DNA of 64,000 bases from Thermodesulfobacteriota bacterium (lineage in GTDB: Bacteria > Desulfobacterota > BSN033 > UBA1163), in NCBI GenBank assembly GCA_049514515.1, contig JBEKUZ010000004.1, positions 15,321 through 79,320 on the forward strand, given 5' to 3'. Below the pieces are notes generated by a model. The model searched no databases. It was not told where the DNA came from and saw only the letters and a list, made by a program, of their open reading frames with translations. Shown here piece by piece: positions 1 to 9,483 of this stretch (position 1 is its first letter; every line of letters begins with the position of its first letter). A program made the translations under genes and the position numbers.

Positions 1-264
1 TTTCCCGGAAGCCATAAAAGTTGAGATACATCAGAGGACACTCCTTAATACTTCCACATCATTGGCCAGTCATTCTGCCCTGTGAACGCCTCCATCCGTA
101 GAATAGCAGATTCCATGACGAATGTAAAATACTCCTCGCTTATCTGGAGAGGCTATTCATAATTTTTCCTTTTTATCATGTCAACAGAAACCTTCCTTTT
201 TCAATCCCCCGATTCTGTTTTTACCGATTGTTTGAAGGCGATGGATGTGCTAAATTAGAATTCC

Positions 265-1608
265 ATGAAAAAGACCTTTCCCATTCATGGGATTTTTGGA
301 ATCATTCTTCTTCTTCTCTCCGAAATCTTCCTCTTCGAAAAGCTCGATCCGTTCTACAGCTGGTTTTATTCCTTTGCCTGGTGGTCCTACATCCTCATCG
401 TTGATGCAGCCATTTACCGATTGAAAGGGAACTCCCTCATCCTCAATCGTACCAAAGAATTCTTCTTGATGATCCCCTGGTCGATCTTCATCTGGTTGAT
501 CTTTGAAGCGGCCAACCTCTCATTAAAGGATTGGTATTATATCAACCTTCCCCACTTCGTGGTGGAGAGATGGTGTGGTTATGCCATTGCCTATGGGACG
601 GTTCTTCCTGGGTTGTTCGAGACGACGGAATTGTTGGAATCTTTAGGTTTGTTTAAAAAATCTAATATCAAAAAGACGGAGATCTCCGGCGGAGGCCACT
701 CTGTTCTCGTTCTCCTGGGAGCCCTTTGCCTTCTGTCTTCTCTGCTCGTCTCTGAATACTTCTTTCCCCTCATCTGGGTAGGATTCATCTTTCTCTTAGA
801 ACCTTTGAATTACCGGTTTGGCGGAAAATCTCTGCTAAGGGACCTCGAAGAAGGAAGTCCACGGAAAATCTACCTCCTGCTCGTCGCCGGGTTGATCTGC
901 GGCTTTCTCTGGGAGTTCTGGAATTTCTGGGCACTCTCAAAATGGGTTTACACCGTTCCTTTTTTCGAGAATGGGAAAGGGTTCGAAATGCCATTCCTGG
1001 GTTTTCTGGGGTTTCCTCCGTTTGCCGTCCAAGCTTATGTGATGTATAAGTTCATCTCTCTGTTTCGATCCGGAAGGGGATGGGAAGAATCCGCTTATCG
1101 CGTGAATGTGGAGAAAAAGACACGACCGTTGACGACGATCCTGACAGCCATCCTGATCACAAGTTTTTCTGTCCTCATCTTCAGGGCCATTGACTCCTAT
1201 ACTGTTGACTCTTATTATCCCAGGCTTGAGGATGCTTACTGGATTGAACCTCAATATCGCAGGGAACTCCCAAAAGTCGGAATCAGCAGCCTCGACGATC
1301 TCATCTCAAAAACCAGAGGGAAAGACGAGAGGGATGAGCTGGCACTCCGTCTTCTCATTCCGAAGGAAGTACTCGTCCAATGGGTCGAAGAAGCCCGGTT
1401 GGTTCAGTTAAAGGGGCTGGGGGTTGAAAACCTTCGGTTATTGGAAAGAGTGGGCATTGAATCGACCTTCGCTCTTGCAAGGGAAGATCCGGAAAGTCTT
1501 TATCAAAAGCTTGAGCAGGTCACCCAGAAAAAAGGATCTCCTCGAAAGGCAATGATAAGAATATGGGTGAGAGGAGCAAGGGAAGAAGTTAAGAAGTCGG
1601 AGTGGTGA
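265..1608 (+). CDS. Polytopic membrane protein with C-terminal DUF4332/helix-hairpin-helix-like domain
   Basis: Hydrophobic N-terminal two-thirds with several predicted TM helices. C-terminal ~130 aa (DDLISKTRGK...LGVENLRLLERVGIEST...) resembles DUF4332-type HhH modules. ATG at 265. Confidence 0.45.
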   Translation: MKKTFPIHGIFGIILLLLSEIFLFEKLDPFYSWFYSFAWWSYILIVDAAIYRLKGNSLILNRTKEFFLMIPWSIFIWLIFEAANLSLKDWYYINLPHFVVERWCGYAIAYGTVLPGLFETTELLESLGLFKKSNIKKTEISGGGHSVLVLLGALCLLSSLLVSEYFFPLIWVGFIFLLEPLNYRFGGKSLLRDLEEGSPRKIYLLLVAGLICGFLWEFWNFWALSKWVYTVPFFENGKGFEMPFLGFLGFPPFAVQAYVMYKFISLFRSGRGWEESAYRVNVEKKTRPLTTILTAILITSFSVLIFRAIDSYTVDSYYPRLEDAYWIEPQYRRELPKVGISSLDDLISKTRGKDERDELALRLLIPKEVLVQWVEEARLVQLKGLGVENLRLLERVGIESTFALAREDPESLYQKLEQVTQKKGSPRKAMIRIWVRGAREEVKKSEW

Positions 1609-1688
1609 GAGGTAGCGTCGGCATTTATTGCCGACGAAACTACAATTCACGAGTCACGATTCAACGCTCACGAGATGAAGGGCTGACG

Positions 1689-2492
1689 TTATTCTGACAG
1701 CTTAATAAGGACGCCTGTCTTTCTTGCACGGTGAAGCACGGCTTTGAAAAGAATTGCTTCCGCGACAACGTAAAGGCCCGCTAAGCCGAATCCCCATGCT
1801 AACACGTTCTTAAACCCTTCGTTGAATCCATAAAAGGAACGAAAGTATGCCAAGAAATACGTCAGCGGAATGGCTTGGGCTATCTGCGGAAAGGGGAAGG
1901 GGAGGATGAAGACGGGATAATATATCCCGCAGATCAAGGAAATCAAACCGCTGAAAGACCAGGCCGCCACATCCGCCATATAACCAAAAAGGAGAACGAG
2001 GATGCAGACGCTCATGCCCACGGATGCAGCAGTAAGGAAAAGGCCCAAGAGAAAGAGAATGAGAGGACCAATGCCCGGTCGCAAAAGATCGAACCCAAAG
2101 GCAAGACTGCTGAAAATCGAAAGCAATAAAAATACGAAGAAGGATCGAATCACGCCGATTAGCCAGGAACCCAATATGAGCTGAAAGGATTGCACGGGGG
2201 CGATGAAAGTATGTTTGAGGGATTTCGACCAGAGATCATACAGGAGGACATAGGCCACGTCAATCTGACAGACCTGAATCACACTCATGGAGATGACGCC
2301 CACTAGGATGAACCCCGTTTTGTTGGGATCCAGCTCCAGAAAGCTCGTCAAAAGCCCTACGGAAAAGAACCCAACGACAGGCCAGAAAAGGATCTCGAAG
2401 ATCGTAAAGACATTCCGCTTCGCGATGATCCAATTCTTAAACACGAAGGCCCATATCTGGATCAATCTCCGGTGCAAAGTCAATGAAGACAT
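1689..2492 (-). CDS. ABC-2 family transporter permease
   Basis: Six predicted TM segments with an ABC-2 permease pattern. The ORF-track start (2597) overlaps the NUDIX gene, so the internal Met (MSSLTLHRR...) at about 2492 is the more likely start. Confidence 0.65.
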   Translation of the reverse strand: MSSLTLHRRLIQIWAFVFKNWIIAKRNVFTIFEILFWPVVGFFSVGLLTSFLELDPNKTGFILVGVISMSVIQVCQIDVAYVLLYDLWSKSLKHTFIAPVQSFQLILGSWLIGVIRSFFVFLLLSIFSSLAFGFDLLRPGIGPLILFLLGLFLTAASVGMSVCILVLLFGYMADVAAWSFSGLISLICGIYYPVFILPFPFPQIAQAIPLTYFLAYFRSFYGFNEGFKNVLAWGFGLAGLYVVAEAILFKAVLHRARKTGVLIKLSE

Positions 2493-2533
2493 GGTCCAAA
2501 GTCCAACCAACCGTATTTGAAATTCTGATCGTT

Positions 2534-3028
2534 CTATCGGCGCCCGCTGCGCCTTTCCAGCCAATCGCGCACAGCATGACCGGTTCCAAACGGCCACGGC
2601 TTTAGTTTATCAATGGGGATCGATTTGACTTCCGCCAATTCATCTCCCAATTTTATCTCCCCGGCTGCAGAGAGGTGATAGGCGATGATCAATTGGTTCC
2701 TCTCAAAAAAAGAATAAACCCCCACCAGCTCTTTGATCTCGGAATTGAGCCCTAATTCTTCTTTCACTTCCCTCTTGACGGCTGTTTCCGGCGTTTCCCC
2801 TCTTTCCAAAAATCCTGTGATGAGTCCGAACATCTTTCCGGGCCATTCCTTATTCCGCGCAAGAACAACTTGGCCGTCCATTTCGACGATGGCTGCGACG
2901 ACTGGTATGGGATTATCCCAGAACACGTAACCGCAGTCACTCGATGCGCAACAAAGAACCTCTTTCCCGTCCATAGTGCTCATCGTCAAACTTTTCCCAC
3001 ACAGCGGACAATACTTGAATTCATCCAT
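2534..3028 (-). CDS. NUDIX hydrolase with N-terminal zinc-ribbon (NudC-like)
   Basis: CPLCG...CCASSDCGY zinc ribbon followed by a Nudix box (GFLERGETPETAVKREVKEELGL). Confidence 0.75.
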   Translation of the reverse strand: MDEFKYCPLCGKSLTMSTMDGKEVLCCASSDCGYVFWDNPIPVVAAIVEMDGQVVLARNKEWPGKMFGLITGFLERGETPETAVKREVKEELGLNSEIKELVGVYSFFERNQLIIAYHLSAAGEIKLGDELAEVKSIPIDKLKPWPFGTGHAVRDWLERRSGRR

Positions 3029-3091
3029 AACATCCCCATTCTCAAAAAAGTGGACTTCGCAAAACTCGCGTCGTATGTGTCTAAGGAATGC

Positions 3092-4645
3092 TTACGGCAA
3101 TACCATCTCAATGAGATGAGGCCCCGGCTCGGTAAATGCATTGCTCAGTTCCTGGGCGAGGTCTTCTGCAGTGCTGACAGTAACCCCCGGAATTCCAAAC
3201 CCTTGAGCAATTCTTGCCCAATTGATCGGGGGCTTCGTTAGTTCTGTCAGGGCTTGAGCATTCGGGCCAGGCGATGTGTTGCCCGCATGGACCAATTCCA
3301 CCTGAAGGATGCGGTAGCTCCGGTTGGAGCAAATCAAGGTGGTCACGTTTAATCCTTCACGGGCCTGCGTCCACAGGGCCTGCACTGTGTACATCGCACT
3401 TCCATCCGCCTCCAGGTTGATCACCGGCCGATCGGGACAAGCGATGGCAGCACCCGTCGCACAGGGAATGCCCAGCCCGAGCGCCCCGCCCGTCAAGGTC
3501 ATGAAGCTGTAGGCCGGCAGCCACGGAGGCGGAGCAAAATAGAGATACCCCGATGTGGCGGATTCATCGATAATGACCGCGTTTTCCGGCTGCATTGCCG
3601 CCAAAGTAAGACAAGCCTTTTCGGCCGTAAGCTTACCATCTGGTATTGCTTGCCGCTCTTGTCCCGCAAGGAGATTGTCGCCAATGGGAAGATGTGAAGG
3701 TGCGCCCAACGCGTCGGCAAGGTTTTCAAGAGCACCCACGACATTCTGCCGATCCGTACAAAGTGTCATTCTCTCTTGCTCATCAGTCAAAATTCGACTC
3801 CTAAAGCCGGGATACCCAAAGAAGGCAACCGGTTCCGGGGCTCCCGCGAATAGTACTACCTGGTATCGCGAAATCACGGCTGTCGCCTGCCCTGGAAAAT
3901 ATGGAAGCCGCTCCACGATGGGCAGCCCCGCGCCACGCTCCATGTATCCGGGAAATGTTTGAGTAAGGAGATCGCATCCTATCGCCTTCTGAATACGGAC
4001 CGCTGCATCCAGACCAGGCCTTCGCAGCGCCCTCCCTCCGAGCATAAGTGCCACTTTGCGAGAGCCACGTAACCGAGAGGCAATCGCCTTAATGGCATGG
4101 GAGTCAAGAGAATCAAATGGTCCGTCAGATGTCTTCACATTAGAGGAGCCACATTCGGCCAGTTGATAATCGTGAGGCACGATCAGCGTTGCCACCTGAC
4201 CCAGCCGAGTGGCCGTAATCGCCTCCAAGACATCCGCCCCAATCTCGGGAGCAGATTTGCTGGTTCGCCACCACCCTGAGACCGTCCTGGCAAGGCTCTC
4301 AATATCCATGGCGAGCGGCGGGTCCGCATCCCGGTGCCACGTGGCATGCTCGCCGACCACGGTCAGCACCGGCGATTTGGCACGCCGTGCGTTATGCAGG
4401 TTCGATATGCCGTTGGCGAGACCAGGACCCAGATGGAGCAGCACCATTGCCGGTTTATCCAGCATCCGTCCGTAACCGTCCGCAGCGCCGGTACAGACGC
4501 CCTCGAAGAGCCCCAGGAAAGCCTTGATGCCCGACGTTTTGTCGAGCGATGTAACAATCGGCAATTCAGTCGTTCCGGCGTTTGCAAAGCAAACCTCCAC
4601 ACCCGCTTCGATCGCAGTCTTTATAAGAAGCTCAGCACCGTTCAT
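3092..4645 (-). CDS. Thiamine-pyrophosphate-dependent enzyme (acetolactate synthase large subunit/IlvB-like family)
   Basis: N-terminal TPP-enzyme Pyr domain (MNGAELLIKTAIEAGVEVCFANAGTTELPI...). C-terminal TPP-binding GDGS/A...N motif region. True start is the ATG at 4645, preceded by GGAGGAGA; the ORF-track start at 4666 is GTG. Local GC ~60% versus ~48-50% in the neighbours. Confidence 0.8.
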   Translation of the reverse strand: MNGAELLIKTAIEAGVEVCFANAGTTELPIVTSLDKTSGIKAFLGLFEGVCTGAADGYGRMLDKPAMVLLHLGPGLANGISNLHNARRAKSPVLTVVGEHATWHRDADPPLAMDIESLARTVSGWWRTSKSAPEIGADVLEAITATRLGQVATLIVPHDYQLAECGSSNVKTSDGPFDSLDSHAIKAIASRLRGSRKVALMLGGRALRRPGLDAAVRIQKAIGCDLLTQTFPGYMERGAGLPIVERLPYFPGQATAVISRYQVVLFAGAPEPVAFFGYPGFRSRILTDEQERMTLCTDRQNVVGALENLADALGAPSHLPIGDNLLAGQERQAIPDGKLTAEKACLTLAAMQPENAVIIDESATSGYLYFAPPPWLPAYSFMTLTGGALGLGIPCATGAAIACPDRPVINLEADGSAMYTVQALWTQAREGLNVTTLICSNRSYRILQVELVHAGNTSPGPNAQALTELTKPPINWARIAQGFGIPGVTVSTAEDLAQELSNAFTEPGPHLIEMVLP

Positions 4646-4654
4646 GATTAATCT

Positions 4655-4712
4655 CCTCCCCCTCACCGCCTCCCTCTCCCCAGCGGGGCGAGGGGAAGGG
4701 TGAGGGCTTCAT
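4655..4712. repeat. GC-rich palindromic mini-element (CCCTCACC-GCC-TCCCTCTCCCC / GGGGCGAGGGGAAGGGTGAGGG)
   Basis: Near-perfect palindrome filling the 43-bp gap between the ABC ATPase stop and the TPP-enzyme start. Same family as the copy at 16483-16552. Confidence 0.7.
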
Positions 4713-5680
4713 CGCCGATCGGGATCAGGGTTTTCTTCACCCTTTGCAAACTCAATGAAGACATCCTCCAAATCGGTTTGTCCTAAGGTGACCTTTTTGA
4801 TCTCGACACCGCTCTGGGAAAGCAAGGCAATCAGGCTTCCCATTCTTCTTTCCCCATCATCTACTACGATCTCACATAGGGAGTTGGAAATCGTAAAATT
4901 AATCACACCGTCAGCACGGAGCAATTCGTCTTCTTGGATCCTCCCTTTAAATTCAACCTTTAACCGATCGCCGATCCGAACCATTCGTTTTAGGGCCTCC
5001 GAAGTTCCAATGGTAACGATCCTCCCTTCTTTCAGGAAGGCGATGCGACCGCAGAGATTTTCTGCCTCCTTCATATTATGAGTGGTGAGAAGGATGGTTA
5101 TCCCCTTTTGCCTATGAATTGAGAGAATCTCTTCTCGAATTCGTATGGAGACATCGGGGTCGAGGCCCACCGTGGGTTCATCAAGGAAGAGAACTTCCGG
5201 ATCGTTAATAAGGGATTTCGCAAGGGAGAGTCGCTGTTTGATCCCGGTGGACAGTTCGTCAAAAGGGATATTTTGGTATTCCCTCAGGTTGAAAAGATTG
5301 ATCAAAGTGTCAACCTTTGTCTCACGCTCTCTCCCTGTGAGGCCGTAGAGCATGCCGTAGTAGTGAAGGTTTTCCTTTACGGTCAAACTCCATAAGAAAT
5401 TGGCATTTCCGCTTACTATGTTCACCCTCTTCCTGATTTCATGTTCATCGTGGAGTCCGTCCATACCGAGGATTTGAACCTTGCCGCGGTCAGGGAGGAG
5501 TAAAGTGCAGAGAATCGACAATAGAGTGGTCTTACCAGCACCATTGGGACCCAGGATACCAAAGATCTCCCTTTCTTCGATCCGAAGGTCGACCCCTTTC
5601 AGGGCTTCCTTCTCCCGCTTCTTCCACCAGCCTGACCGGAAGGTCTTGAATATTCCCTCTGCTTCAATCGCTAACGCCAT
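4709..5680 (-). CDS. ABC transporter ATP-binding protein (ABC-2/drug-exporter type)
   Basis: Walker A GPNGAGKTT, ABC signature LSTGIKQRLSLA, Walker B LFLDEPTVGLD. Confidence 0.88.
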   Translation of the reverse strand: MALAIEAEGIFKTFRSGWWKKREKEALKGVDLRIEEREIFGILGPNGAGKTTLLSILCTLLLPDRGKVQILGMDGLHDEHEIRKRVNIVSGNANFLWSLTVKENLHYYGMLYGLTGRERETKVDTLINLFNLREYQNIPFDELSTGIKQRLSLAKSLINDPEVLFLDEPTVGLDPDVSIRIREEILSIHRQKGITILLTTHNMKEAENLCGRIAFLKEGRIVTIGTSEALKRMVRIGDRLKVEFKGRIQEDELLRADGVINFTISNSLCEIVVDDGERRMGSLIALLSQSGVEIKKVTLGQTDLEDVFIEFAKGEENPDPDRR

Positions 5681-5717
5681 TATACGTGTCCGTGATTCGT
5701 GACTGGTGTCCGTGGAA
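5681..5717. promoter_or_regulatory. CACGGACACG/CACGAATCACG motif abutting the ABC ATPase start codon
   Basis: On the minus strand ...CACGGACACCAGTCACGAATCACGGACACGTATA sits immediately before the ATG. Related copies at 27095-27124 and 53252-53300. Confidence 0.45.
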
Positions 5718-5955
5718 TCTTACTTCGGGTTCTCACTCCGCAATCCGCACTCTAAATTCCGCAATTTTAAAAGTATATTATGGATTTAGTGATTTGCCAA
5801 GGGGTTTTCAGATGCGGTTTTAATAAAATTGAAGACAACTGAAAGGAAATAAACACAGGGTGGCTAAAAAAACGATTTCTTTTTCTTTGAAGCTTGCCGA
5901 ATAGCCGCGATGATCCATTCTTTCAAGAATGACTTTCAGTATTAGTCGTCCCTCC

Positions 5956-6393
5956 TCATTCTGGCATCGTCCATAGAAACAAGCCGGTCGTCTCATCAAA
6001 ATCCCTCTGTAACACCGGCCCATCAAAGACTTCCAGCATGAACTCACATGCAAAAACTACTGTTCCCGACGCGAGATGGCCCCCGTAAGCATTTGCTTTC
6101 TTGTCCGCCAGTGTGATGTGTGCATGGACAAAGGGACTGTTATCCTTGAGTGAGACGTTGCCCACGAGCTTAGTGATTTCAAGCGGCTGATCTATTACAA
6201 AGAATTGATACTCATGCGTTTCCTGGTTGTAGAATGCAAGGCGGGCCCTCTGAACTGCACCCAGCGCCTCGAAACGCGCAAGCTGAATATTTTCCCTTTG
6301 GCAAATATCAGTGATTTCTTCCAACAAGTCACCCCCATGACTTAATTTTCCAATGAATACTTCCCTGGGCTTAACCTTTTTCATAATTGCCAT
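5956..6393 (-). CDS. DUF296/PPC-domain DNA-binding protein
   Basis: ~145 aa, sequence pattern typical of the PPC (DUF296) fold. Confidence 0.5.
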   Translation of the reverse strand: MAIMKKVKPREVFIGKLSHGGDLLEEITDICQRENIQLARFEALGAVQRARLAFYNQETHEYQFFVIDQPLEITKLVGNVSLKDNSPFVHAHITLADKKANAYGGHLASGTVVFACEFMLEVFDGPVLQRDFDETTGLFLWTMPE

Positions 6394-6481
6394 ATCTGCC
6401 CTCGCCTTATATTCTATGCTGAACGCTTTAGGTCAACGGAGGCTGTAACCCGTCACCTAAAGGCAGCGACCAGTCCGGTGC

Positions 6482-6670
6482 TTATCTTATGAAAGGGATT
6501 CCGAGATCCTTGCAGATCTTCCGGGCGAGCTTGTCGTTGATCTCGGCGTGACGGGGGACGGAAGAGCGTCGGTTCTGCTGCGGGTTGCCCCACCATGAAT
6601 GACTCCCGCCTTCGCGAATGAATACACAGCCTTGCTCATGCAGGTGCTTGAGCAACTCCGTGCGCTTCAT
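6482..6670 (-). CDS. hicA: HicA-family toxin (mRNA interferase)
   Basis: 62 aa. HicA/YcfA-like signature (LLKHLHEQGCVFIREGGSHSWWGNP). 4-nt ATGA overlap with the upstream hicB-like gene. Confidence 0.75.
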   Translation of the reverse strand: MKRTELLKHLHEQGCVFIREGGSHSWWGNPQQNRRSSVPRHAEINDKLARKICKDLGIPFIR

Positions 6671-6879
6671 AGGGTAACCGGTTCCTCGGTATAATCGGGA
6701 GCCGCGGCCTGAATTGCTTCCTGACGGTTGAATTCGAGGGCCTCAGCGAGTGTGGTACGCAAGCTGTCGAGCAGTTTCTCCCGTGTTCTTTCCTGGCAGT
6801 TCACCCCAGGCACTTCCTCAATCCATCCAATCCACCATCCGCCATCCTGTTTTGTAACTGCCGTATAAGTATTTGCCAC
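6667..6879 (-). CDS. hicB: HicB-family antitoxin (UPF0150)
   Basis: 70 aa. HicB N-terminal RNase-H-like fold pattern (GGWWIGWIEEVPGVNCQERTREKLLDSL). Translationally coupled to hicA. Confidence 0.7.
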   Translation of the reverse strand: MANTYTAVTKQDGGWWIGWIEEVPGVNCQERTREKLLDSLRTTLAEALEFNRQEAIQAAAPDYTEEPVTL

Positions 6880-7024
6880 GTTCTGTCACCTCAACTCCAT
6901 AATACCATTTCTCATTTTCGTTGTCCATGTACACAACAACCCTCTAGAAAAACCCTCTCACTACAATCTGGGAGCGGCTTTCAGGGATCTCTTTCACCTC
7001 TCCCCAGCGCGAGGCCGTAGTATT

Positions 7025-7102
7025 CAGAGCATCCTGAAAGCTGTCATGCTTTCCAACTCACTGGTTTTGCGTGAGATCGACTTTTTCTACAGGCTCAATG
7101 CC
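7025..7102 (+). repeat. ~78-bp dispersed direct repeat, copy 1
   Basis: CAGAGCATCCTGAAAGCTGTCATGCTTTCCAACTCACTGGTTTTGCGTGAGATCGACTTTTTCTACAGGCTCAATGCC. About 80% identical to 11311-11390, same orientation. Confidence 0.8.
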
Positions 7103-7123
7103 GGACAGCTCCTTATGGGTTTT

Positions 7124-8869
7124 TCAATCATTCATCTGATATTCTCCGTTCAGAGGAAATACATATTTCTCCCAGACACGGCTAACCTGCACGTCATCCC
7201 CCACGGTCCTGATCAGCATAATCTCCCGGCAAAAGTCCCTTTGATCCGCTTTGGTCGTATTCATGCCGTAGATCTGCAGGGCAAATGAGGCGAAGTCCCT
7301 GACCATGAAATCGAATATCTGGTTGAGGATGTCCTTATCCAGATTTTCAATGCCGGACTGTTCAAGAATCAATTGACCATAGACCACAATAGAAAACATC
7401 TCACCAAGGGGTAACGAGAAGGAAGAATCCATATCCTGCTTCTGATCCGGATAAGCTTTGTTCAAGAACTCCTTGAAGAGTTCGATCTGCTTGATGAAAA
7501 CCGCCACATTCGGCAGATCTTTATACGAATCGAAAGTGGATTGATAGTCGTGAAACCGGACATTACCCAGGCCTTTGGCCGGTCCCTGGTTGAACAGGAA
7601 CAAATCGTCTTTGGTCGAAAGGTCGGGTTGCATCGGAGGATGATCGACAGGATTGAAAAAATAATTCTTCATGAACTTGCGGATAAGCTGAATGTTGACA
7701 TGCACAGTGCCTTCAAGCTTGGACGGACCTCGAATTTCGCTGGTGCCCGTGAAGAAGTAGGTGTCCTTCTCAAAACCCTTGGCGGCAATGACATCCCATA
7801 GCAGATTGATAACTTCTTCGGCCTGAAGGGTGACCTTCATCTTGCTCGTGGGATTGTAAAGGAGATAACGCCGGTCTTTTTCATTGGCATTCCGGAAATA
7901 GTCGGTGGCCCGGCGCTGGTAGAGCTTCATCCCTACCAGGCGGAGCCAGGCGTCCATAAAATTTTTTCTCACATGGGGCATATCGGTAACACGGCGGTCA
8001 TAGAGGATACGGTTGGAGGCATGGGTGATGGCCTCGTAAAAACAATGCTCAGCCACCCCGATGGAAGCCGGGCCGATATTGAATTTCCCGATATTGACCG
8101 TATTCAGAGCGGTATCCCAAGCCGCCGAACCCCGCGAGAGGAGGTCTTCTTCCCTGATGGGGTAATCATGAAGGGCGAAGTTGGACACATATTGCTGATG
8201 GGAAATGACGTTCTTTTTCAACTCGTAGGCTTTATGGCGGTAATTGGTGACGAAAAAGGCATAGTCATCTGTGCCGTCCTTTATTTTGCCCATGGTCGAA
8301 ACCATCTCAGCCTCGTTCCCGTTTCCGATATAGTATTTCTCTCCATTGGCAACCCAGGTGCCGTCTCCTTTTGGTGTGAGTGTCGTATCCGCACTGTAGA
8401 TGTCGGCGCCGTGAGCTCTTTCAGACAGGCCGAAAGCAAAGATCGCCCCTCCCCTGAGAAGCTTGGCCGCTTTCTGCTTGGCCTTCTCATTCTTACTCAT
8501 CCAGATGGGGCCCAAGCCGAGGATGGTCACCTGGAAGCAATACCAGTAACCCAGGCCATAAAAGGCCAGGAGTTCGCTGTAGGCGTTGTTGCGGGCCGTA
8601 TCCCAACGGCAATCCGGATCACCGTCACTATAGATCTTGGGTGTAAGCAACTTGGAAAAGATCCGTTCTTTTTTGATAAAATCGACAAACTCCTTGTACC
8701 AGACCTTCTTATTGAAATCATCGAGGAGCCTGGCCTTTCCCATGCTCTCGAAGAATTGGATTGTCTTTGTCATAATGGTCCGCGAATTTTCATCGACCAT
8801 GAGGCCTGTGTATTTTTTAGGTTGAAGCAGGAAGTTCATTTTTCGCTCCTCTCCTGATCCATTGGTCAT
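7124..8869 (-). CDS. Acyl-CoA dehydrogenase family protein (long, ~580 aa)
   Basis: ACAD middle and C-terminal signatures (AFGLSERAHGADIYS..., GNGNEAEM...). Length class resembles AidB/large ACADs. Confidence 0.75.
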   Translation of the reverse strand: MTNGSGEERKMNFLLQPKKYTGLMVDENSRTIMTKTIQFFESMGKARLLDDFNKKVWYKEFVDFIKKERIFSKLLTPKIYSDGDPDCRWDTARNNAYSELLAFYGLGYWYCFQVTILGLGPIWMSKNEKAKQKAAKLLRGGAIFAFGLSERAHGADIYSADTTLTPKGDGTWVANGEKYYIGNGNEAEMVSTMGKIKDGTDDYAFFVTNYRHKAYELKKNVISHQQYVSNFALHDYPIREEDLLSRGSAAWDTALNTVNIGKFNIGPASIGVAEHCFYEAITHASNRILYDRRVTDMPHVRKNFMDAWLRLVGMKLYQRRATDYFRNANEKDRRYLLYNPTSKMKVTLQAEEVINLLWDVIAAKGFEKDTYFFTGTSEIRGPSKLEGTVHVNIQLIRKFMKNYFFNPVDHPPMQPDLSTKDDLFLFNQGPAKGLGNVRFHDYQSTFDSYKDLPNVAVFIKQIELFKEFLNKAYPDQKQDMDSSFSLPLGEMFSIVVYGQLILEQSGIENLDKDILNQIFDFMVRDFASFALQIYGMNTTKADQRDFCREIMLIRTVGDDVQVSRVWEKYVFPLNGEYQMND

Positions 8870-9111
8870 TTTCTAAAGATAGGGCAATTAATGGTCCAAG
8901 GAAAAAACCTGGCAGGATTTGGTCTCAGCTTTTGGCAAGGTCCTGTTGATTGCAGAAGTCTGGCCCTCTCCACTCCGGCAGTCTTTTTTGCCGTGTCCGA
9001 CTTAAGCACCTTGTTATAAGTCTGATGTTTCAGTAAGAAATGATATCTTACTTGCCTTCGCCAGGTCTCCAACTTTGAGCCAATAAATTAATTTTCTCAA
9101 CTCTGAATTTT

Positions 9112-9300
9112 CTAATTGCTAGTAACGTAGCCCTTTTCGCGAATGTCTTCATCATCCAGATAATGAGATAGATTTGAGTGCACATTCTCTAAGTTATCTA
9201 TTGAGAGTGCCTCGATTTTCTTTCGAGCAACTGAAGCATGTAGCTCTCCATTTGATAGACCCTCTAGGATGGAGACGAGTTCTTCGATTTTTGATTTCAT
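9112..9300 (-). CDS. Small hypothetical protein (62 aa)
   Basis: ORF only. Sigma-54-like promoter TGGCGT-N5-TTGC about 50 nt upstream on the minus strand. Confidence 0.3.
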   Translation of the reverse strand: MKSKIEELVSILEGLSNGELHASVARKKIEALSIDNLENVHSNLSHYLDDEDIREKGYVTSN

Positions 9301-9483
9301 GTTTTGTTCTTTATAACGACTCGCTTAACCTGCGCGCGCAACCTGCCGCCCGCAAACCTAACGCCAATGCCGAATCTTGCAGGGTCTGGTCTCAGCTTTT
9401 GATAAAGTCCTCCTTTTGAGATCTGATCCTCATCACTCTTCCCTATGATGAGGTCGGCGGACTGTCGGGCATCCGTTGATTCG

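Noticed and set aside
3108-4651. Multiple antisense and out-of-frame ORFs (60-135 aa) within the TPP-enzyme gene
   Set aside because: Typical stop-codon-poor artefacts of a 60% GC gene. There are no RBSs and they fully overlap a confidently identified CDS.
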